The notes under the pieces were generated by a model, which was given only the letters and a program-made list of their open reading frames with translations, did not search any database and was not told the origin of the DNA. This document shows positions 27,900-34,814 of a DNA stretch of 43,361 nt, piece by piece; position 1 is the stretch's first letter; each line of letters opens with the position of its first letter. This stretch comes from a virus (taxonomy: Duplodnaviria > Caudoviricetes): IMG/VR virus record IMGVR_UViG_3300030376_001139, positions 1 to 43,361 of that record. The stretch is one strand, 5' to 3'. The position numbers and the translations under genes are program-made.

Positions 27900-28375
27900 A
27901 AACTAAATAACATTCATTACGAATATATGTACTAAGCACCTACATACTGGCTCAATCCAATCCATTCTATACCTACGTAAAGAATTGGTGTCTAGTATCA
28001 GGTAAGTAGCACCGATAATGCTAGTGGTTACCTTCAATCTATTGGACGTTTATTCATAAGACGCAATAATAGTTATATAGTTCTTGATTGACTATGGCAT
28101 AATCTCCTTTTCATTTCCTCGATATCGGTTCCTTACTGACACGAACTACTCACCTCGTACGTGGAACGATAGCCACGAACTCGTCTCGTAGTTCTTCGTC
28201 AACAGGAACCTCTCTACTGGGTATGCGTAGCAGTGTTCACTATGGGTTGATTGTTGACTCTAAGATGTAAACCTGTTGCAAGCTCTCCTTGCACTCTATT
28301 CTGCTACTCACATAGCTTTGATAAGCGGAAAGGAACACCTACTGTCTTGCGACATTACTATGTGTACCGTTTATC
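27900..28375. ncRNA. Candidate large structured non-coding element
   Basis: ~480 nt without a credible ORF, GC-richer, many stems; strand unresolved. Confidence 0.45.
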
Positions 28376-28378
28376 TTA

Positions 28379-29803
28379 CTATGTATTTAGTTTTAATGCG
28401 TATTCTTTTACTTCATCTATATCTTTTAAGTTAATAATTTTATTCTTAGTACATAGGTCATAACATTCTTTAAGTAAATTAAATCCTGATGTATCACCGT
28501 GTGCACCAAAGACATACATATCTGACACCCAGATTCTTCTAGCTGGCATAGTAGATAACCATTGTAATGCTGGTCCGTCTACTACATTACCTCCACCTGA
28601 ATGTTGGTCTAGGTATTTATCTGTAACACGCTTACCATTCCTAGCAATAATTCTTAAGTCACCTGTTCTATAGCTACCGTTATACATAGCTATATTAACT
28701 GCGGGTAACATCTTCATTATCTCTAGTATGTCTTCACTATTAAACATCATAGAACCTGATGCGTCTATTAGTATGGTGCCTCCTTTAACATTAAGTTTTT
28801 GTTTGAATATCTTTCTATCAATACAAAATCTATTAATGTATTTAGGATTGTAACCATAATCCATAGGTCTATATTGTCTGCTACCTTTAAGCAATGCTTG
28901 TAAGTTAACAGATAATGGTGGGTTATGTGTAGTCATCTCTCCCCATTTACCAATACCGGAACCTGTTTTGTATGTCATTTGTTGTAATAGTTCTGTACGC
29001 ATACGATTTTCTAATGACTTAACTGTACCGTCTAGTGTATCTTCATCTGATTCTTCGGACTCATCACCTTCTTCACCTTCGCCACCTTGTTCCTGACTTG
29101 GTGGTTGATATGGTTCGGGTGGTTCCATAAATAATTCTAAATACTGAGACAATTCATCTGCCATTCTTTGTGTCTTTCTATAGCTAGGTGATTGCCCGGC
29201 ACGATTGTTACGCATCTTATATATAAATCTATTTATAATATCTTTACATAATGATAGTTCTGCTTTACGAAATGGTGATACATCTTCCCATGTATCTATA
29301 GCACTATCAATTGTACTCATAAATTTTGTATGTTGTTCTGATAATTCTATTGAATTATAACCATGCTCCTTATCGTTATACATAGTTGCAAGTTCAATAC
29401 CTGTTAGTATCACATCTGCACCAGGTGATTGATATATCATTTGTTTAGTTCTATGTTGTAACATATCTAAACACATAAATGATTGTTCAATACCTAGTTC
29501 GTTTCGTGCTAATAGAAAATACATACGCAATGACTCTATAGTATCCATAGCTTCCTTGCGTGTACCTGGTTTAAGTTTACCTCTAGTAGCTGGCGACCAT
29601 TTAGCGTGTGCTATTTGTTTACGCCTTATCATACGACTGTGATTTACATTACATAATGTACAATGTCTATCCATAGGTACATACATTTTCTTATTTAAGT
29701 TATCTGTATCTGCGTCTGGTTTATTGTCGGTTGTTTCAAACACATCCCAGGTATCCCCAGTTACTATCTGGGGATAAGGGTATGCTTTCTGTTGACTGTA
29801 CAT
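28379..29803 (-). CDS. vWA-domain protein (MoxR partner)
   Basis: ILIDASGSM MIDAS motif, acidic linker, WVSD; coupled to the AAA gene. Confidence 0.8.
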   Translation of the reverse strand: MYSQQKAYPYPQIVTGDTWDVFETTDNKPDADTDNLNKKMYVPMDRHCTLCNVNHSRMIRRKQIAHAKWSPATRGKLKPGTRKEAMDTIESLRMYFLLARNELGIEQSFMCLDMLQHRTKQMIYQSPGADVILTGIELATMYNDKEHGYNSIELSEQHTKFMSTIDSAIDTWEDVSPFRKAELSLCKDIINRFIYKMRNNRAGQSPSYRKTQRMADELSQYLELFMEPPEPYQPPSQEQGGEGEEGDESEESDEDTLDGTVKSLENRMRTELLQQMTYKTGSGIGKWGEMTTHNPPLSVNLQALLKGSRQYRPMDYGYNPKYINRFCIDRKIFKQKLNVKGGTILIDASGSMMFNSEDILEIMKMLPAVNIAMYNGSYRTGDLRIIARNGKRVTDKYLDQHSGGGNVVDGPALQWLSTMPARRIWVSDMYVFGAHGDTSGFNLLKECYDLCTKNKIINLKDIDEVKEYALKLNT

Positions 29804-30513
29804 TATGCTTTAGATAATATAATTGCGTCTACTAATTCTTCTGCTTTTTCACCGAACACTAATCTACCTGCTGTTTCTGGTGTAAATCCTTTATCTTGTA
29901 AGTCAAAGAATTCTTTCCAAGCACGTACTGATACACGGTCTTCCGGGTCATCAATAAGTGTGGTGTCGTTAATAACATCATGCCATTCCTTAGGGAACTG
30001 TGCTAATGCACTTGGATGTATGCTATTAACATAGATTTTAACTGGAAACCTATCCTTTAATGCAAGTGGTAGACTCTCCGGTGGGCTGTTAGTTGTAGCT
30101 ACAACTTGAAAGCCTTCGGCTGGTCTAACTGTTTCCTTTGTGTCATTGTTAAGTGTTAACATAGCAATGTCTTGGTCATCTAATATAGCATGCAAGAATG
30201 TCATTGCGTCTGGTGATGCGTGGTCTATCTCATTGATGACTAACCTACCGCCATTACGCCATGCTTGTATTGCAATACCATCATGCCATTCAAATGTACC
30301 TGTACTTGAAGGCTTATAGAAACCTTCTAAGTTTGCAGAAGCTGTGTCTTCTGTCATAGTAATTTGAAATACATTAGCAAGTCCGTCCATAGTTAATGGT
30401 GTACCTTGCTTAACTGCACTGTATGTTTTACCTGTACCTGGTGGCCCGTATAATAATACACGCCTTGATTTACCTAATACCTGTTGTATTAGTTTCCAAC
30501 AATCGTTTTCCAT
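29803..30513 (-). CDS. MoxR/CobS-like AAA+ ATPase
   Basis: Walker A GPPGTGKT, Walker B LVINEID, ATTN, ALKDRF; ATG 30513 has a GGAAGGA RBS. Confidence 0.85.
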   Translation of the reverse strand: MENDCWKLIQQVLGKSRRVLLYGPPGTGKTYSAVKQGTPLTMDGLANVFQITMTEDTASANLEGFYKPSSTGTFEWHDGIAIQAWRNGGRLVINEIDHASPDAMTFLHAILDDQDIAMLTLNNDTKETVRPAEGFQVVATTNSPPESLPLALKDRFPVKIYVNSIHPSALAQFPKEWHDVINDTTLIDDPEDRVSVRAWKEFFDLQDKGFTPETAGRLVFGEKAEELVDAIILSKA

Positions 30514-30526
30514 ATTGTTATCCTTC

Positions 30527-30841
30527 CTATTCTTCTTCAAGATAATCGTTAGGTATCCATTTAGCATAGATATCTATACAATTATCTGCTCTATTTCTTC
30601 TTTGACATACAATAAACTTACCTAAACCTTCTAGGTGTTCTATGTTTTTTTGTATGAATTTCATTATGTTTCTAGCTGTACCTGATATCCACCTTGGTGA
30701 TGTACCAATAACAAACCAAGTATCTGGTGTAGCTAATAACACTTTAACTTTCTCATCACTAAGTAACTTAGCTGTATTACCTCTGCCTGCAGTATCCGGT
30801 TTACCCGGTGTAGATGCATACATACCTGTAGGTAATGTCAT
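30527..30841 (-). CDS. Hypothetical protein
   Basis: 104 aa, ATGA-coupled. Confidence 0.55.
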   Translation of the reverse strand: MTLPTGMYASTPGKPDTAGRGNTAKLLSDEKVKVLLATPDTWFVIGTSPRWISGTARNIMKFIQKNIEHLEGLGKFIVCQRRNRADNCIDIYAKWIPNDYLEEE

Positions 30842-31314
30842 TCTTCACTTCCTTTCAAGTAATCCTCAACATCATCTGCAATCTTGTCACCTGATGTTAT
30901 GAATTCTATATTATTCTTTGTCATATTAAACAAATTATCTGTGTCTTCTGTTAAATGACACTGTATAGTTGTAGGTTCTATAGATAACCAAGCTTTAAAT
31001 ACACCACGGTCTTCACTTGATTGTCTTATTGCCTCTATCTCATCTATAGTATAAGCTTTATCATTACCGTCACCATCTATTAAAGGGTGCATAGACATAA
31101 AGTCTGTCATAATTTCTGCTCTACGCTGTGTTACTACACTAACTGCTTGGACTATAGCTTGTACATTTGTTACTGCGTCAATGTGTACTTCAAATACTTC
31201 TGGTTCATCATATGAATCATGTATCTTATCATCATGACTATCAAATCCTGCATAAGCTACCGTAACTGTATAACTCTTAACTCTACCTGCATTGCTATGT
31301 TCAATGTGTGGCAT
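30838..31314 (-). CDS. Hypothetical acidic protein
   Basis: 158 aa, GAGGA RBS, TAATG-coupled. Confidence 0.6.
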   Translation of the reverse strand: MPHIEHSNAGRVKSYTVTVAYAGFDSHDDKIHDSYDEPEVFEVHIDAVTNVQAIVQAVSVVTQRRAEIMTDFMSMHPLIDGDGNDKAYTIDEIEAIRQSSEDRGVFKAWLSIEPTTIQCHLTEDTDNLFNMTKNNIEFITSGDKIADDVEDYLKGSEE

Positions 31315-31544
31315 TATTCTTCCTCACTTTCATACCAACTATCGTTGGCTTTATATGCTTTACTTACTTGGTATATCACTGCTTCGTTAAGCATTGCACA
31401 CCAACCTTTTATTTTTGCGTCAAGCTTTTGGTAATTGCTTGATGTAGCTGCGTTAGATAAATCATTAATAGTCCATTTAATTATTTGTTTTAATTGGTCA
31501 TTACTTAATGTATCTAACATCTCTTCTATATTTGGTTCGGCCAT
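31314..31544 (-). CDS. Hypothetical protein
   Basis: Start reassigned to ATG 31544 (AGAGGA RBS); the longer start runs through a hairpin. Confidence 0.55.
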   Translation of the reverse strand: MAEPNIEEMLDTLSNDQLKQIIKWTINDLSNAATSSNYQKLDAKIKGWCAMLNEAVIYQVSKAYKANDSWYESEEE

Positions 31545-31553
31545 ATACATTCC

Positions 31554-31596
31554 TCTCTTGTCGGCTGATTTCGAAAGTGATGAAGCCGACAAGAGA
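31554..31596. promoter_or_regulatory. Conserved-loop hairpin, copy 2
   Basis: 13-bp perfect stem; loop GATTTCGAAAGTGATGA. Confidence 0.75.
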
Positions 31597-31653
31597 AGGG
31601 CATTTCTTTTGCCGGCAACAACACTGTATTCGTTAAGCGTTACTCGGTATGAA

Positions 31654-31785
31654 TAACTTGTAACCTACCTCCACCTATTCACAGCACGCTATGACGTACA
31701 GTTCCTGATAGATTACAAGTTACTCACACTATGGACATCACTTGCGTGACGGCTAGTCAAAGGGGCACTAGCAGTGTGAGTAACT
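31654..31785 (-). ncRNA. Candidate structured intercistronic RNA (two overlapping domains)
   Basis: 13-bp stem closing a three-way junction with a GCAA tetraloop, plus a 10-16 bp stem; G-U pairs favour the - strand. Confidence 0.5.
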
Positions 31786-31792
31786 GTGCATT

Positions 31793-31969
31793 TCAAGTAA
31801 GTGTTTCCGTACTTGAACTGTCTTGACTTATAGATAGTTTCTCTTCTAATATCCTTTGTTCTATATCAAAATCTAATTGACATTCTTCACATACATGTTT
31901 ACTATTTCTTAAGCAAGTTCCGTATGGACAACTTAAGTCTATATTTGAATCAACATTCACAACATTCAT
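31793..31969 (-). CDS. 58-aa Cys-rich protein (absent from ORF track)
   Basis: MNVVNVDSNIDLSCPYGTC...HVCEEC...; fills the gap. Confidence 0.45.
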   Translation of the reverse strand: MNVVNVDSNIDLSCPYGTCLRNSKHVCEECQLDFDIEQRILEEKLSISQDSSSTETLT

Positions 31970-32195
31970 CACAATCTGCGTCTATTATATCTGTTAATGT
32001 AAAGACAGCAACATTCTTTTCACATCGTCTACACCATAGTTGTATGTGCATACCATCTTTAGTTAAACCTACATCTAATATTCCCCAATCTCTTGGTGGC
32101 ATACCTTCTGGTCTATGGTCTAAACAACTGTTACATTGTGCATATAATTCTATTATATTCTTTTGTGCTAGGTTATCATTCGGTGATGTCGCCAT
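31950..32195 (-). CDS. Zinc-binding hypothetical protein
   Basis: CNSC...LDVGLT..G..IQLWCRRC; AAGGAG RBS. Confidence 0.6.
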   Translation of the reverse strand: MATSPNDNLAQKNIIELYAQCNSCLDHRPEGMPPRDWGILDVGLTKDGMHIQLWCRRCEKNVAVFTLTDIIDADCDECCEC

Positions 32196-32784
32196 TGATT
32201 GCTCCTTTAATAGTATCGTGCATAGCTGCAGTACTTTCTATTGCTTCCTTTGTATCCTCATCTGACCAAGGATAGTCGGACATACCTGAACCATTATCTA
32301 ATTCAATCGTCCAACTGTTAGTGATATGTAAATCATATTCTCTAGCTATGTGATTAAGTAATAAGAATGGTTCTCCCCAGGCAGAATCAAACTTGATTGT
32401 AAGTTTACCTCGGTCATTCTTATATTCTGTGTCTAATATTTTAGTATCACAATCGCCCCACTTGGTTCCCCAGTTACGATACTGCCAATCAACTGGCTCA
32501 TATGTACCGTGTTCTTTAATGATATCTTCTTTAACTATATCCATTAGTGGTCGTGGTCCATCGGGGTCTTCATACCATACATTGTAACGAACACCGTCAA
32601 TAGTTCTTGCACCTTGTGTAAGTCCTTCGAATACACTAGGCATAGGCATACAATTAGTTAATTCTACTAATGTAAACTGACCTTCGTCCTCTGTAAAGTA
32701 ATCGCTTTCTATTTTATTTATTAATGCTTTGACATCTGTCTCTGCACCTGTAATTACTGCTGTATTGTATGTCCAATTTGGCAT
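32176..32784 (-). CDS. DUF1281/YubB ferredoxin-like protein
   Basis: MPNW.YN start, DWQYRNWGTKW, FDSAW.EP; ATG 32784 preferred. Confidence 0.8.
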   Translation of the reverse strand: MPNWTYNTAVITGAETDVKALINKIESDYFTEDEGQFTLVELTNCMPMPSVFEGLTQGARTIDGVRYNVWYEDPDGPRPLMDIVKEDIIKEHGTYEPVDWQYRNWGTKWGDCDTKILDTEYKNDRGKLTIKFDSAWGEPFLLLNHIAREYDLHITNSWTIELDNGSGMSDYPWSDEDTKEAIESTAAMHDTIKGAINGDITE

Positions 32785-32785
32785 A

Positions 32786-32902
32786 TCATTTATCCTTTCC
32801 AAGATTAAATACTTTTTGTTCTAGTTGATACACTCTTTCGTGCATAGATTGTAATGCTTTATTAATAGTTAATAATACCTTAATTAATTCTTCGTTATTC
32901 AT
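32786..32902 (-). CDS. 38-aa coiled-coil peptide (absent from ORF track)
   Basis: MNNEELIKVLLTINKALQSMHERVYQLEQKVFNLGKDK; fills the gap between flanking genes. Confidence 0.5.
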   Translation of the reverse strand: MNNEELIKVLLTINKALQSMHERVYQLEQKVFNLGKDK

Positions 32903-33197
32903 CAATGCCCTGCTCTTTCATCCGTGTAATAGCGTCTTGAATTAGTTCATTCATTTCTAACATATTGAATTTAGTATCATCGTCACCGTGTTTGTTAACA
33001 TACTGTGTAAAGTCATCACGGAAACCATCATCTGTTAATGTACCTACCATAAGATTACGCATCAATTCATTAGGTTGATTACCTACTAACCTATCACTTG
33101 ATGTTAAGTAATCCATCATCGTCATTTGTATCATTGATAGTAATTTAATTTTATCGTGTAATGTATTCAACATCTCTGTTAATATTTTAGTATCCAT
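32895..33197 (-). CDS. Hypothetical protein
   Basis: 100 aa, GGAGGAGG RBS. Confidence 0.6.
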   Translation of the reverse strand: MDTKILTEMLNTLHDKIKLLSMIQMTMMDYLTSSDRLVGNQPNELMRNLMVGTLTDDGFRDDFTQYVNKHGDDDTKFNMLEMNELIQDAITRMKEQGIDE

Positions 33198-33430
33198 TAC
33201 TCCTCCTCCTTGAATGTATCAAAACATTCATCGTGTGTACCTGTTATTAATAGTTCTCTATCACCGATTGATAACTCGGGAAAGCATTCTTGTATTAGCT
33301 TACCTTGGTTGTACCAAAAGACTCCTTGTGTAGGTATAGTAACATTGCTTATCTTGTTACATACAATACAAGGTTGTGTCTCTACTTCATATGTATCTGT
33401 GTTATAATCTCTGCTTACTACTGTAAACAT
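33197..33430 (-). CDS. Small zinc-binding phage protein
   Basis: CIVC...IQECFPELS...RELLITGTHDEC; GGAGG RBS. Confidence 0.65.
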   Translation of the reverse strand: MFTVVSRDYNTDTYEVETQPCIVCNKISNVTIPTQGVFWYNQGKLIQECFPELSIGDRELLITGTHDECFDTFKEEE

Positions 33431-33452
33431 ATTGTCCTCCCTTTGTTAATAT

Positions 33453-33499
33453 ATATATCTGTCTCTCGATTACAATAGTTGTGAGAGAGACAGATATAT
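33453..33499. promoter_or_regulatory. Conserved-loop hairpin, copy 3
   Basis: 15-bp perfect stem; loop GATTACAATAGTTGTGA. Confidence 0.75.
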
Positions 33500-33507
33500 T
33501 TAAGATA

Positions 33508-33762
33508 TTAGAATGGTATAGTATCATCCTCATAATCGCTTTGGTTTGGTTCAACCTCGATGAAGTCATCATCTTGTATACCAAGATAATCTAAGTCACT
33601 CTTAACTCTTGAGTTCATTTGTTTATCTTGTTGGTTCTTAATTGCATACGCAATCATATTCTCTAGAGTTGTTACTTGACTTGCGTCAAATACACTCTCT
33701 AGTACCTCCATAGCTTTATACATAGCTACTATGTCATACTTTACTGGCGTGTTGTCAGCCAT
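33508..33762 (-). CDS. 84-aa protein with an SSB-like acidic tail (EDDTIPF)
   Basis: AAAGGA RBS; helical body; C-terminus resembles the DDDIPF tail. Confidence 0.6.
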   Translation of the reverse strand: MADNTPVKYDIVAMYKAMEVLESVFDASQVTTLENMIAYAIKNQQDKQMNSRVKSDLDYLGIQDDDFIEVEPNQSDYEDDTIPF

Positions 33763-33841
33763 ATCTTATCCTTTCTTCGTTAGTTGTATAGTTGTTACCA
33801 GGCAACAACCCGGTAAAAAAAACTTTTTTAACCAAGTGCTA

Positions 33842-33857
33842 GGGGGCTTTCGCCCCC
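33842..33857 (-). other. GC-rich GNRA-loop hairpin after stop codon (stabiliser or weak terminator)
   Basis: GGGGGC-GAAA-GCCCCC on the - strand; no immediate U-tract. Confidence 0.5.
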
Positions 33858-33869
33858 CAACATTCCTTG

Positions 33870-34208
33870 TTACTCTTGGGGAAGTATCCCTTCAAGTACA
33901 TCAACTTCAACACCTTGTTGTGCCGGTGTGGACACTGCAGCCTTGACAGCACTGCTAACTGTTAACCCTTTATTAGCCGGGTTATTGCTAGGATGTGTTG
34001 GCGATTGTTTAGATAACTGCCAAGCACCTTCCTTGGATAGGTGGGTAGGTACATCTTTGTACTTCCCGGTTTCTTTATCCTTCACGGATAGCCAAACCAT
34101 TTGGGAATACAGCGTGTATTCTAGCCCGGTGACTACACACACTCTTGGTGTAGGCATTATGTTTTTGTTGCGTTTTGGGACTGCAACAGTCTCTGTTACT
34201 TCACTCAT
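33870..34208 (-). CDS. Hypothetical protein, first gene of the leftward arm
   Basis: 112 aa, AAAGGA RBS. Confidence 0.6.
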   Translation of the reverse strand: MSEVTETVAVPKRNKNIMPTPRVCVVTGLEYTLYSQMVWLSVKDKETGKYKDVPTHLSKEGAWQLSKQSPTHPSNNPANKGLTVSSAVKAAVSTPAQQGVEVDVLEGILPQE

Positions 34209-34233
34209 TATGTTTCCTTTCTTGAGTTACTAT

Positions 34234-34498
34234 TTATCGGATTGTCTTTCCGACTTCCTTTGTCGGAAGGAAAGACAATACGATAATTGTAAGTTAGTTA
34301 TTAGCTTTATGTTATCACTATGAATATGTCTACGCATAATGGAACTTAAAACAACTACATACTCTTTCATTTTAATCTATTATCCTTCTTTCCGACTTCT
34401 CCTGTCGGAAGGAAAGAAGGATTATAGATTACAAGAGTATATAGTGTTTAAGTTACCAAGATATGCTTGACATATCGGGTATGACTACCATATGTCAA
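34234..34498. repeat. Twin long inverted repeats with near-identical 31-nt tips
   Basis: TCTTTCCGACTTCnnnTGTCGGAAGGAAAGA at 34245-34275 and 34387-34417, capping hairpins 34234-34286 and 34324-34475. Confidence 0.8.
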
Positions 34499-34763
34499 CC
34501 GAAGGTTGTTCTTTATAGTACGTAAGGTCTAAAAAATATACTGGTAATCTTTACAGTATGTTGCTATTAAGTCAGTAAGGAGTTGCCTTTTTGAGCATGA
34601 GCGGGCATATACAGTATTGATTCTGATTAAACCTTTTCTTAATGTCCTTGGGTACTGCCTTTGTCTTTCTAGTTTACACTCTCACGTGTCAGCAGCTTTT
34701 GATGTCCCGGTCACCGCTTTACCTGTAACAAATTACTTGTGTTTAATGTTTGTAATAAATCAA

Positions 34764-34772
34764 ACTATAGCA
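34764..34772 (-). promoter_or_regulatory. Possible leftward extended -10 promoter TGCTATAGT
   Basis: One mismatch to consensus; abuts a rightward TATAAT at 34773-34778. Confidence 0.4.
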
Positions 34773-34814
34773 TATAATTCTCACTATACAAACATCTACA
34801 GAAAGTTAGTGAAT

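Noticed and set aside
31565-31583. Box D/box C (CTGA...GTGATGA) K-loop
   Set aside because: Present in only one of the three conserved-loop hairpins and on the non-transcribed strand.
33400-33408. Antisense TGTTATAAT inside a leftward gene
   Set aside because: No credible downstream gene; plausible by chance in AT-rich DNA.
28130-34581. Shared 11-mer GTCAGTAAGGA in two intergenic regions (opposite strands)
   Set aside because: Repeats of this length are expected by chance in 43 kb.
34617-34814. 66-aa N-terminal extension of TerL from a TTG start
   Set aside because: No RBS, atypical composition, and it overlaps putative promoters; ATG 34815 directly precedes the Zn finger.
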